A stretch of DNA of 63,605 bases, counting the filler, from Reticulomyxa filosa (taxonomy: Eukaryota > Protista > Foraminifera): NCBI GenBank assembly GCA_000512085.1. It is 18 parts of 18 records of this genome, joined end to end, with 100 filler letters (N's around TTAATTAATTAA, not from the genome) between each part and the next. Parts side by side here need not be neighbours in the genome. Positions count along the whole stretch, not along the records: positions 1 to 10,545 come from ASPP01023728.1; positions 10,646 to 12,146 come from ASPP01046246.1; 16 more parts are not named here. One strand, given 5' to 3'. Under the pieces are notes generated by a model. That model saw only the letters and a program-made list of their open reading frames with translations, was not told where the DNA came from and searched no databases. Within the stretch, counting starts at the first letter, position 1; each line of letters begins with the position of its first letter. Both the position numbers and the translations under genes were made by a program. Shown here piece by piece: positions 1 to 12,246 of this stretch.

Positions 1-16
1 TATGATACCGTTTTAG

Positions 17-911
17 GCTTCAGTTTTCTTTGCAACCTACTGTATATATGTGTTCAAACGCAAAAATAAGTTCATTGAAAGGGAAGTTTTTAGAAACATG
101 TCAAATAGTTTTACATTCGATTGGAGCCGATTGGTTCCAAATGCTTCATTTAATTCAATAGCCGAATCAATTGAGTATGGTTTCCCGATAACAATTACGC
201 GAAAGTGCAATACATGTGATCATGTTGTCCCACCGAAAATGGTGACGCCACTGGTATCGGAATGGTTAGAAATTTCCAAATCCAACCATTGGTTCGAAAA
301 GCCTTTGTTGTATACACTTGATCCAGAAGCAGAAGTATGGACTGATGTAACGAATGCTTCGGTTTCGTTGCCAGAGCCCAAGAAAATAAAATTTCCGGAA
401 ATGGCCAGAAGATAATGAAGAAGAAGAACCAGAAGAAGAACCCGAGGAAGAAGACGAGAACGAATGCCTGGAACCATCAGCAAAACGTATGCGTTTTACA
501 ATAGCTGCGATTGTATGGAATTATAAAGTGCAATCGGTGAAAGAGGCGTTATTGAATCTGCAAAGTGAGGTATCGAATGAACAAAACGAATATGGCTCAT
601 TCGTAGATTTGACGGAAGATTTGATCAATGAAATCGTGTCGTATTTGAGTGACATCCGAATTGCGGCTTTTAATGGTGTCGATCCTGGAGAAGACGCGGA
701 AATCCAAGCCATAGTTATGGATATGCCGTCGTTTGGCGTTATAGCAGGATGTTGCGGTGCACATCCATTTATAGACGGATTTTTTAAATATGACAATAGT
801 GACGGAAGTGGCCCTGAAATATTTGATGTTTGGCCTCTTCCGAGCCCTGGACACACTATTAATTTGGCCACTGATATCATTCTCAGTTTTACTTCAGACA
901 ATTATCATTGA
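17..911 (+). CDS. 3' part of a hypothetical protein, apparently split by a +1 frameshift near 390-415
   Basis: ORF 50..415 is open back to position 17, after a TTTTAG. The frame of ORF 489..911 is open from 390 and encodes an acidic linker (KWPEDNEEEEPEEEPEEEDENECLEPSAKR). No family recognised. Confidence 0.4.
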
Positions 912-1577
912 TTTTGCTTTTCGTACCTTTTTTGTACTTTGCTGTCTTTGCAATTAAATTAATTTATATATGCATATACTTTTTTTAGTTCCATCGTTCT
1001 ACAATCTTCAATGTATATTTTCTTCAAAAAAATTTAAAAAAATTAAAACTTTGTTTTGTCTCCACGAGTTTTAACAAATTTTTAACAATTAAAATTATCA
1101 ATTAACAAAAATTTTCACTGAAAATATCTTTTTCTAATGCGTTTCACTACAAATGTAAGAACAATTTTTACTCTCCACATTTGTGACATCACCAGACTTG
1201 AAAGGTTAGGATTTGAAAACTAATATTTATTTTTCGGAGCAATTGTTCTTGTTTTCGAAAAGTCGGTATTAGGTGAGCAAAGCTGTTTTATTCAATTGTT
1301 TTTAGCTCTAAATTTTAAACAAGGCTTGTTTAAATAAACTTTTTGTTAAATTGAAGAAAAAAGACAAATCAATAATGTCCAATTTGTTTCTAGAAAGCCA
1401 GAGCATTTCGTGAGTGGTTTCTGCGTCAAATTAAAAAATAAATTTTCGGTCCACATTATGAGAAACAGAACTGCTTCAACATAATCAAAATTTTTGCTTT
1501 TAAGGAATAAAAGAGAATAAATAAAAGAAACAATCATTGGATCTGAAAAAAGTGAAATAAAATGAAAACTAAATCAA

Positions 1578-3124
1578 ATGGTTCCACAACACAAAACGAA
1601 AAGTGGAGAACATTTAGCCACTCATTCCTTTCAAACGTTACCCAATGCTTGTTATATTTATTAAAAACAAAAACTATACGTAATAACAGTTATAACAAAG
1701 AATTGGCCAATTTTGAGCTTTTTTTTAATTGATGGACAGAAACAAGAAGGACTTTCAAAACGGGAACAATACCTTGAAACACCAACCAAAACACCAACAA
1801 AGCCTGTAACGCTGTTTAGAGCAGACGAAAAGATAACGTCAGCAAACAAAAAAACCAAAACAGCCTCAACAAACTCACTGCCTTTCTTGATACTAAAAAA
1901 GTAGAATATGACAAGTTATTCGAATTTTTGTTTTGTTGTATGTTCTTGGCAAACTCGAACAAAAATCTCTCCTTTTTTATCCTGCATGTAATGTTATTAA
2001 CAGAATTCAGCGCCGCATTGCCTTAAGAAAACAACGGCTGCAACAATTAGCAGAAGAGCGTGAACAAATACGTAAACTTTCAAATTCTCCAACATTGCTA
2101 TATGACCACAACAAGAATAACGACGTCGAGCAGAGCCAAAGTGTTCGTCGTCAGAGATCACTTTCTTTTGGTGAAACTGAGTCAGTGAATGCCTCCCTTC
2201 TTACACCTTCTCCAATGCGATCTCCAATATCTAGAAATGCTGAATTATCAATATTGCACAACGAGATTGAAAAAGAAGCCACTCCAAATGAAATAAAAGA
2301 TAAAGAGTCACAATTAAACCAAAAATTGACTGAAGTGGAAGTGCTAAAGGCTCGACTTATTGTGAAAAGCAAAGAGTTACAAAACAAAGAGGAGCAAATC
2401 CAAGAGATGAAAGCACAGTTGGAATTGAAACTGCAACAAATGAACACACTTAACACGACTGGTTTTTTTTTTTGTTTTTTTTTTCGGTTAACTTTTTTTA
2501 AAAAAAACAGAGTCACTTGTGTAATGACGTATACAGAGCTAGAAAAACTGAAAGGCATGCTTGAAAAGCGTGAGGAGTCATGTCTTAAGTTTGAACAAGA
2601 ATTGAACCGAAGAGAAACAGAGTTAACTGGAATGATGGCAAGGTTTGATGAAGGTTTGTCCTTGCATATCATTGTTAACATTATTAGAAAAACAGAGGTT
2701 ATGTGTGACATGTACAAAAAAAAAAAAAGAGGTGCAAAGCGACTCAGATATTGTATGTGTTTGTGTACATTATAGAAATTGAACAAAAAACACATGTGAT
2801 ACAAGACAAAGAAAAAGATTTAGAAAAGCAGGCCAACATTTTGGAACAAAAGCAGAGCCAGTTAGAGGTACAATTATAGCCTTTGTTTTTTTTTATGTAT
2901 ACGTCCATTTTTTGTTTGACAATTTGAAGAAAATATTGCATTACAAAAAATGTTCACAAATGTAGAGATGGGAGGTGCGTTTGAGAAAATTGGAGCAAAC
3001 ATTACAAGATAAAACAGAGGAACTAATCCAACGTGAAGACAAAATTAAAAACTTATTTGAAAGTTTTGATGGAGTACAATCTCCACCTCAACCTTCTCCA
3101 GCATCAAAACATTTTGAGTTCTAA
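1578..3124 (+). CDS. Multi-exon coiled-coil protein of unknown function (5' end uncertain)
   Basis: Heptad-rich E/K/Q/L exons (ORF 1933..2775, ~2775-2867, ~2966-3124) separated by GT..AG introns, e.g. 2462..2536. TAA at 3122-3124. Confidence 0.6.
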
Positions 3125-3851
3125 TTAAACAAACCATCTTTTCAAAAAAAAAAATATAATATACTAATAATTGTTTAAACCTGTGACAATTGTCTTCAAA
3201 AAAATCTTTGAAGAATTAGTGGTTTCTCATTTCTTTCCAAGTTGTAAACTTTATTTTTAATCTTGCATTAGGCTTTCTTTGTAAACGCCTGGCTATTTGG
3301 CTCTTGTTTCTGCTTTGGTAGACATATTTTAATCCGTACGCTCTGGCAAACTAAACCATTATTCTTTGGTGAAATCACATAAAAAGTAAATGAAAATTAA
3401 ATATTACAAAGATTGATATAGACGATATAATACTTCAGCCAACGTCGTGTATTGACGCACGTGTCGTTTCAACACCAAGAACAAAAAAAAGTTCTGCCAC
3501 AACAATATTGTCAAAATGGCATTTATCACGATACAACAGGTATTGGTTGCAAATCATTTCGTATTATAATAAGCAATTTGTTTGACCAAAAACGTTAACA
3601 AGTTCCCCAGCTTTGACTGACATAGACTGCCTTTTTTTCTTCCTAAAATTTTAAAGAAAAATTTGATTATTTTTTTTCATTGATAAAAAAAGTAATTACT
3701 AGACGCTTTGGCGATGTTGTAACTGAAAAATTGTTTTTATTTGATAATTGAATCATTTGTTTTTAACCTTTTAAAAAAAACGAGATTTTCTCAAAATTTG
3801 AACTTTCCAGTCGTGTGAAACATTATTTTGAGATAATACTCTCCATTGCTG

Positions 3852-4721
3852 ATGAATTCAAAAGAGACATTAAAATTGGATCTTTGCGGAATCGAAGAGA
3901 CTGTGCATGTGAATTGGGCAAGTATTGAGCAATTGCCAGTGACAGAGTTTGTGAAGCAATGCAGAAAGATGGAAAGATCGGTAGTGATCGGTATTTGTGG
4001 CCCTGCAGGAAGTGGTAAAACATTGCTATCGAAGTTGCTCTCTCATTACTTGAACGTGGGCTGTAAAATTAACACATTAACGTTTAGTGTTGATGGCTAC
4101 CACTATTCAAACGAGTACCTAAGCGCGCAAGGTATAAAGCATCAAAAAGGGCTTCCTATCTCAATGAACGGAGCAGCACTATACGATGACTTGTACGTAC
4201 TGAAGCATAAGTTTCTTGAGAACGTGCAAGATTCAAGTAAAAGTCAAAGTGCCAACATAGACTTGAAGTCCTTGCACACAGACGGACATTATTATTATTT
4301 ACCAATCTATGATCGCACAATTCATGACACGATTAAAAAAGGCATCTCCATTCGACCTACGGAAAAGTTTCAAGTGATTATTGTGGAAGGGTTATATTTG
4401 TTGCATTGGCCAAAGGTGAGACAATTGTTAGACTTTTGTGTGTATTGCGTTGTTGATCATATTGACACTTTGAAAGATCGTTTGGTTCAAAGAAAGTGCA
4501 AATGCGGAATACAAAAAGACCAAGCTGTGAAACACTTTGAAACCATTGACTTGAATACTTTTCAAATTGTTGAAAGCAGTAAACGGTTTGCACAGTTGCT
4601 TGTCAAAACAAGCACAAGCACCACCAATAACAATTCTCATACTTCCAAAACTGACACTTCCCTTATCACATACGAAACTGTTCCTTTCTCGGAATATAAT
4701 ATATTATCTGCCAAATTATAA
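3852..4721 (+). CDS. P-loop kinase, phosphoribulokinase/uridine/pantothenate kinase-like (YFH7/YggC type)
   Basis: Walker A IGICGPAGSGKT, plus VDGYHY, KG.P, LPIYDRTIHD and VIIVEGLYLL motifs. Single exon. Confidence 0.85.
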   Translation: MNSKETLKLDLCGIEETVHVNWASIEQLPVTEFVKQCRKMERSVVIGICGPAGSGKTLLSKLLSHYLNVGCKINTLTFSVDGYHYSNEYLSAQGIKHQKGLPISMNGAALYDDLYVLKHKFLENVQDSSKSQSANIDLKSLHTDGHYYYLPIYDRTIHDTIKKGISIRPTEKFQVIIVEGLYLLHWPKVRQLLDFCVYCVVDHIDTLKDRLVQRKCKCGIQKDQAVKHFETIDLNTFQIVESSKRFAQLLVKTSTSTTNNNSHTSKTDTSLITYETVPFSEYNILSAKL

Positions 4722-5180
4722 GGTCTTTATTCATAAGCTTTGAAACAAATCGTTAGAAGAGTAATTGTTTTTAATTTAATCTTTAGTTTACTTTTTGTCT
4801 TTTTGTTATCCGTTACTATATTTTTTTTTTTTTTGTCAAGGTTTTGGACAAATTACTGGTTATAACTTTTCCAAAGGGATTAGGTTCTGTCTTTCAAATC
4901 AGTGACACACTTTGATAGTTGAATTAATTTGGGATGTCTTTTTTTTTGTATGTGTCAATGACAAATTATCTATGTTTGACTGCAAAAGTTTTTGACAGTG
5001 GAGTAGCTGAAAAACAATTTTTTCTATCTGTGATTTAAAATGTTTGCTAAAAAAATTAACGTACTGATTGAAAGTAAGAAATTGGTGTGAATAGAATGAG
5101 GTTTGCCAATTTTGGGAAAATGAAAATAATGAGAGCATTGATCGCATAAGCACTCCACAACTGAAAAAAAAAAAAGAATC

Positions 5181-6601
5181 TTACTTTGATGAGCTTTTGG
5201 AACCAGAATTGGAAAGAGGCTGAAAACATTTCCAATAAATGGCAACAGCAGTAACAGAGCCCAGCAAAAAGAGTAATGAGGTTTGAGAATCATCACTGAG
5301 CTTTCCAGAGCCATATTTGTCAGCTCCGAACAACTTCGAAAAACCAGTAAAAGATTTGGAGCCTTGGGAAAACGGAAAAGAGGGGAGTTTACGGGTTTGT
5401 TGTCCGGCATGCATGATATGATTGAACTTGTCTTTCTTTAGTTTTTTGTTCATCGAACTGCAGCAATGCAAAAACACACGTTCAGCATATTGAAACAATT
5501 TTTGATACTTTTGATTGTTGATAACACTGGAATCTTTCACATAAATTGTTGGCAATTTGCAGCAGTTCAGTGCGATAAGTTCGCTCACAACAACTGCGTC
5601 AAATGAAGTAGGTCGATTATCACCAAAGAAATACGATATCACTGAGCTCGTCTCTTCGGTCTTTTTTTCGTCCTCTTTTTGTTGTTATTATGAGGTCCAA
5701 TTGCAGATATATATGCACATATATGCATATGTATATGTGTATACATATTGTTATATATACGTATGTATATGTACATATATACATAAAACACCTTCATCAT
5801 CGAGCGCATTACAAGGAGGATATTTTATTGCCAATGTGTCCAAACAATCTTTTAATAAATCCAGTGCTTGTTTCGAAGTCTCGATTTGATGCTTGCGTAG
5901 TTGCTTCAATGCGTTTTCTCTTTCTTTTTTCAAATACCTATCATACACATATATACATTTACAGAGAAGAATGAAGATTTACGTATACAATAGCTTACCA
6001 TGTTCGAACAAGCAATGGCAAGTATTCTGAAACCGTATTAGAATATTCATTCCAATTTTCTTCATTTGCGTAGGTTTGATGAAGAGTTACCAAATGCAAA
6101 CGATCTCTTACCAATCCTTGCAATATCTTTTTTTTTTTTTTTTGTTGCATTTGTTGTGTCAATCAAAAAAAAAAAAAAACAAAACGTAACAACAAGATCT
6201 GCTTTTTCTGATGGCGACAAGTAATCGTTCAGTTTGGTCATCTTTGATGATTCGATAGTCGAACCACTCTTTATTCCTTCCAATACATCTACGAGCCCAC
6301 TATTCACTATCTTATCATCTACTCGGGCCAATGGCAATTCATTGTCCTCTCCCATCGGATTCATATTGTATGCACAAACTCGTCTTTCGTAGAGGGCATT
6401 GCAAAGTTCCAAATAAATCTTTTTTTAAAATAATAATAAATAAATAAATAAAAAATAGCCATTCTTTTTTCCAGAAATTTCTGACTTTAGGTTTTCTATA
6501 CAGATCCCTCTTTTTCTTAATGTTACCAGGACTTCCAAGCATCTAGCATTGTGTGCTGGAAGATCCCATATTGGTGCGGAATGAGTAACGATAATGTCCA
6601 T
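5181..6601 (-). CDS. MTX1: Metaxin (mitochondrial outer-membrane SAM complex, GST-like fold), multi-exon
   Basis: Spliced product reads PIWDLPAHNARCLEVL|IYLELC..NPMGEDNELP..LNDYLSPSEKADLV|ILQGLV..QALDLLKDCLDTL..YFFGDNRPTSFDAVV..KLFQYAERV with a C-terminal TM. Introns include 6419..6526 and 6127..6190. The MTX1 versus MTX3 assignment is not resolved. Confidence 0.8.
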
Positions 6602-6850
6602 GCTTGGTTATTGAGAAATCTGCTGATATCGATAAAAATATCCTAATGCTCAGAGTGAATTTTTTAGTTACTCCTCACAACAGCTTGCTGATTTAAATTT
6701 TTGTAAGCAAAAAGACAATGTAAAGAAGAATATCAGCAATAAACTAAAATTAAATTGAGAGCGAACAAAATAAGTCAAAAAAAAACATCTTTAAAATCAA
6801 TGAGGTTGAAGAAAATAAGAAAAATAAAGCAAGGCAAAAAGGGAAGACTT

Positions 6851-8109
6851 CTACATTCGATACAAGACATTTTGCACACATTGAAACATATTCTGTTTGG
6901 ATTTGAGCATATCAGTACAGCTGAATTTGAAAAAAATAGAAGAAAGATAGACATCAACGATGCTCTCTTCGCAGATATGTAAATGGGATTGATGCAAGCA
7001 CTCAATAGCATTGCGAACTCGAACCATATTGAATCGGACCGATTTGTCAATTTTGGGTAACAAGGGTGTGTAATCCAAGTGTTTTTCCTTGTGTTCGTAA
7101 ATGACGCGTAACAGCGGCTCATTTTTGATAGTATTTGTAATCCAAATGAATCCATTATTTCCCAAGATAATATCAACCCCAATGGACACACTCTCCAAGG
7201 CCGATGGCTCTTTCGTCATCTTGGTCGACACATATTGATCCAAATTGATAAAGTGTTGTGACGACTGTTTGATCAATGATTGGTCTACTTTTATGCATAT
7301 CCCATTACTCAGCTTCCCATACTTCAAATTTCGCGTATGTAGCTTTACGTCTCCGTCCATTCGAAACGACTGCACTTCGGCACTTATCAAGTCATTTTCT
7401 TTTAGCAATGTATGCATTTGCGTTATATCTGTTGTGCTTCTACGTCGATGTACATCTCCGGGCAAGTGAATACCACTTTATATGTTTTTCCTCTCCCAAC
7501 AATCAAATCAAAAAAACAAAACAAATCAATTTAATTAATAGTCCATTTTTCTCCTTTCCCCTCCCCTTTTTTTTTATCGCGTTTTTGGAATGATGCAATT
7601 TGATTGCTAAGCAAAAAAAAAACAAAAAAACATGATTGGGTATTTTTGTATTTAGTGTATTTGCATTTTTTTTTTTTATTACCTCAGTGGTAGTTTGACG
7701 TCAGAAATAGAACCAATGTCCACGGTCCAGAATGCTTCCATTACATGCGTAATACGCCCTACCACTACGTGTCCGACCTGTGGTGTGTATCGAGCGCGCA
7801 TAGGTCTTACAAAAATCAATTTGTCCGTTTGCTCCACAAATCCGGCCACACATGACACATAATTGTCTTTTTCCGCACGTACGCAATGACCACTTTTTTT
7901 TTATGTTTTTAATTTTGGTATTTCTTTGTGATTAGGTATAGAAATTTTAGTCCATTCCTTGGAGAAACTTACCGGACGTAACCTTCTGCCTTCGTGATGA
8001 CCTCCCCAACATTGACAAAACGATGCGGTATTGACTTTGTTACAACTTTGAGCTCTGCGTCATTTGGTTTTTCTTGTGGATCATTTTCTGAGGCATCCAT
8101 GGTGGACAT
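6851..8109 (-). CDS. RRP4: Exosome complex component RRP4 (S1 and KH domains), 3 exons
   Basis: GEVIT..GYVR|GH, RARYTPQVGHVVVGRI, LPGDVHRRRS, DLISAEVQ..LHTRNLKYGKL, IILGNNGFIWI. Introns 7893..7972 and 7476..7682. Confidence 0.95.
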
Positions 8110-9477
8110 GATTCGCTTGATTTTTTGGGGTTTAAGCTTTTAAATAAAAACTCGGCTGTCGTATTAAAAGTACTTGTTTTTTAAATTTAGTTTCACTTGA
8201 TTTCATTATCCCTAATTATTTTTAAAAAGCAAATCAATCGCATACAATATTTAACTAAAATCAAATAGTAAACTTATAGGCAAACAATTCTTTGTTTTAT
8301 CTTCTGAAAATTAATTTACAAGATTGAAAATTTTTGAATTTTTGCATAGTCTGATTAACTTTTTTGTAAAATTTTAACAAATTAATAAATAATTAAATTT
8401 ATCATACACATTACAACAGCTACAAAGAAACGTTTTTAACATTGTAACACAGCTTTTTTTGTCACATAATTTTCATTTGCTCGGCCATTAAAATAAAATA
8501 ACATTTAATTTAACACAATATTAAAAAAAGATGACTAAAACATCAGGAACTAGAAATACTTAGAGTCGTAATGATTTTAGAACAATGAGCACTGATGGAT
8601 TCAATATAATTTTTGGAATGTCTAATATCTATTTTCACAATCTTTTGTGCTATCAATAATCATTATTGTATAACTAATGAACTAAATTTAAACAAACAAA
8701 CCTTGATAACTATTATTGACTCGCTACATATATTTTACGCTATTTTATTTGTGGATGTGTTGAATATTGAAGAATATGTTATTTATATGGATTTCGGATT
8801 GCGTTATCGCGTATTCATGTGCGATGATGTGGACATCGTCTGTAGTGCATAATGTTGTGTTGCAAAATAGAAGATATTATAATGATATGTACAGTAAATT
8901 ATTATAAGAATATATGGGTACTATGAGTATAGTTGCAAATTGCTAAGCAATACAGCAGAATATAAAAGAAAGTTGAAGCCTAAGACATCATCTTATAGAG
9001 GTGGTCCGATTTTCTCCATGAAGATACTTAGACCTAGTTTTTCTTCATTTAAAAAAATCTACAAATAATATAGTTTTGATTTTTATTATAAGCACAAACT
9101 TGTTATTCATACAATAAAAAAGTAATTTTGATACGTGATGATTTTGTCTTATTTCAGGAAGGAGAGATTGATACAACGGACACGAACTGATGAATTGAAA
9201 TGATTAAAAAGATGAAGATTCCACAAATGATGGAACATATAAAACTACTGTGGAGAAAAAACGGAAAAAGAGAATGTCACACTCTAAAGACAATTTATAT
9301 TTACACATTTCTCTTATATCCATGACCTTTTCTCTCTTTCCAATTTATTGGATTTGCCAATGGATCTGGCATTTACCGATACTGATTTTTTTTTTGTCAG
9401 TTTTCGAAAAAAACCAACAACACATAAGAATAAAGTTTGCTTACAGCATGCAAAAGATGGAAAGAATGTATATTTTT

Positions 9478-10545
9478 TCACACGTCCTCATCGAGATCAA
9501 AATCACCAAATTTTGGCAAATAAGCGTTGACAACGGCAGTAATATCTCTACCAAATAACCTCATCAACAATGTTTCTTGAGCAGAAAAACTTTGAAGTTT
9601 CGTGTATCGTTGTCGAATACTCAAAGAAATATTGTTGACCGAAATATAATGACCACCCGGATTGACATGCCTTTACGATATAACATACATACATGTTGGA
9701 TATGTATGTATATACGTACAATTAAAAGAAGAAAAAAAAAAGCTTAAGTTTAACCATAAGAGAAAGTGTATTCGAAGGACAGGAATAAAAGATAGACACA
9801 AAATAATCAATAACAAGATATATAAACAAGTGATGGCAAGTTGAAAGGAGGTGACATGTGACCATAAATGGAACCAAGAAAGATAAATGATAAAAATGGC
9901 AGGGGAAAAAAAACGAACAATTCGCGAAAGGAAATAAATGGGGCCCATCACAAATGTCAATAGAAATACAAGTGCAGCGCGAATGAATAGAATGATGTAT
10001 TGTCCATCACACTCTGACTTCCATGAGCCCAAGTACTCCGCCTTCGCGTAGTTCCACCTCTCCAAATACCACTTCCAAAACGTTCGAACAAGCGAAGATT
10101 TGCCAGCTTGGCGCAACGATCGCCACGTCACATGTCGATACAAGCTTTCTTGCTCTTTACTCAAATACTCATTCAAGTAACCCATTTCGTGATTCGCACA
10201 GGCCAAACGAAGTATTGTGTCTGGCCCCTCTTCCAAAAAGCGTTGCAATTCCAGCAATTCCACACTTCCCAAAAACTCATCTTTTTGATCATACGTTATA
10301 ATTATGCACAGATTTTATTTTTTTTTTTTTTTTAAATTGAGTGAAAGGATTATTAAAAAAAAAAAAAAAAAAGAGATGTGCAATACACGTATAAAAAAAA
10401 AAGTATATGTATATATTCTATTTAACGAATATTCAAGCGCTTTGTTGACAAAAAACCAACAGCAAGAGCAATAAAACTACAATGTACGATTTCCAAGCTT
10501 TCAAAGACACAAACAACATTCACGCATATAACCATATACATATAT
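9478..10545 (-). CDS. Multi-pass membrane protein of unknown family, 5'-truncated by the contig end
   Basis: ORF 9673..10272 has ~3 hydrophobic helices. After an intron a final exon reads HVNPGGHYISVNN..LFGRDITAVVNAYLPKF..DV with TGA at 9478. Confidence 0.6.
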
Positions 10546-10645
10546 NNNNNNNNNNNNNNNNNNNNNNNNNNNNNNNNNNNNNNNNNNNNTTAATTAATTA
10601 ANNNNNNNNNNNNNNNNNNNNNNNNNNNNNNNNNNNNNNNNNNNN
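10546..10645. other. Artificial contig-joining spacer N44-TTAATTAATTAA-N44 (first of 17)
   Basis: Identical 100-nt block with stops in all six frames. Other copies start at 12147, 27158, 28544, 30401, 31720, 33957, 35097, 37982, 39697, 44018, 47644, 49658, 51219, 54890, 57028 and 61965. Confidence 0.99.
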
Positions 10646-10649
10646 TGTA

Positions 10650-11010
10650 GAAACTGATAGTTTTTACAAGATATACAAAATGCCACAAATACAAAGCAGT
10701 AAATAAGTGGATTGAACAAAACAAAATGAACGTGATTTAGCTCATGGTCTGTGCAATAATCAAAGCAAGACTTTACAAATGTGATAAAATAAAGACTATA
10801 GAAAAATTTGAAAAAAATGGGAAAAATGTAGAAAAAGACATATGCAAAAGCTAATTGAATCCATGCTAACACAAATGCAAGCTATTATCAACACCAAAGG
10901 AAAGTCAACTAAAAATTGTTTAACCTAGAATGATTTTATTTAAAAACAAGTATCATATTTAAAAACTTCAATATTTGTGATATTTTCAAAAAAAAGATTA
11001 GGATTAATTG
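10650..11010 (+). mobile_element. Degenerate Tc1-family (DD34E) transposase C-terminus followed by inner part of the right TIR
   Basis: Frameshifted pieces read FLQD / KCHKYKAVNKWIEQNKMNVI* / CAIIKARLYK / KWEK..MQKLIESMLTQMQAIINTKGKSTK, matching Tc1 FQQDNA.CH..WL..W..IK..LIESMP.R..AVI..KG..TKY. The WP..SPDLNPIE motif is missing. 10951-11010 resembles the reverse complement of 56965-57027. Confidence 0.8.
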
Positions 11011-11526
11011 TTCAACTGAATTGTTTGCTATTTGTTTAAAATTACAACCGACCAAAAAAAGATTCTCACTGTCGTTGTTTGGCTGTATTTTAACATTAAA
11101 TAATGCAAATAATTTTCAAATTGGAAAATAAAATATATACTAATGAAATCAAATTTTGAAGAAAATGCAATAACACACTCACAACAATAACTTTGTATTG
11201 ACACCTTCGAGTCAAATAATCCTTTTGTTGTTGATTCATTAATTAACTCTTCAAATATTGCATGCAGTTTTATCTTCTCCTAGGAACATTTATATGTCAT
11301 TTCCAAATATTTGAATGAAAATGAAAGAATATAAATCAAAAAAACAAAGATTTGTAAATTTTATTGTTTTTTTGTTCTTTATAACTAATTTTTAAAAAGC
11401 AATTTTGCAACAGCGTTAAAGAATTTTACAAAAAAATTTCAACTGAATTTTTTGTTTGATAAAAAAAAAGTTTCATCAAATTTTTCAAAAAAAAGCACTT
11501 TCATTTCTTATTTGACAAAAAGTAAA

Positions 11527-12146
11527 TTATCCCCAAATACGAATGAGACCCATGAATGAACAATAACACAAATTTAAATCATATTTAATATTCTTTGTCT
11601 TGTCTTTCTTTTTCAATGCAATAAATTTAAGACAAAATATTCCACAATCTTCTGTCTCATCTCCTTTGATCATAAACAATTCATTTTTATTTGATCGAAT
11701 ATACCAAAAACGAATTGTATTATACCATGATCCAGAACATATCACATTCGAATTATCAATACTATTCTTCATTACAAATGGTGAATATTCAACAGACGAT
11801 ATTCCTTTTATATGTCCATTGAACACTTGAATTTGTTCACCAGATCGAATATCCCAAATACGAACACTGAAATCATCTGATCCAGATAATATTGAATTAA
11901 ATAATTCCTTTGATCCATATTTTACACTACTAATCACATTTTCATGTCCTTTGAATATATTGAATTCTTTTGCTGTTTCAATATCCCATATTCGAATGGT
12001 ATTATCAAATGATCCAGAACAAATTGTATATACATTTCCACCAATTACACCAATATTATTCTTTTTATTATTATCATTTTTGCTTTGTAATGGTGAAATA
12101 TTAACACACCAAACACCATCTTCGTGTCCATTGAAAACATGTAATG
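11527..12146 (-). CDS. WD40-repeat protein (expanded foraminiferan-type family), 5'-truncated
   Basis: Frame is open from the contig edge: FNGHEDGVWCV..ICSGSFDNTIRIWDIETAKEFNIFKGHEN..ILSGSDDFSVRIWDIRSG..LIRIWG*. Confidence 0.93.
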
Positions 12147-12246
12147 NNNNNNNNNNNNNNNNNNNNNNNNNNNNNNNNNNNNNNNNNNNNTTAATTAATT
12201 AANNNNNNNNNNNNNNNNNNNNNNNNNNNNNNNNNNNNNNNNNNNN

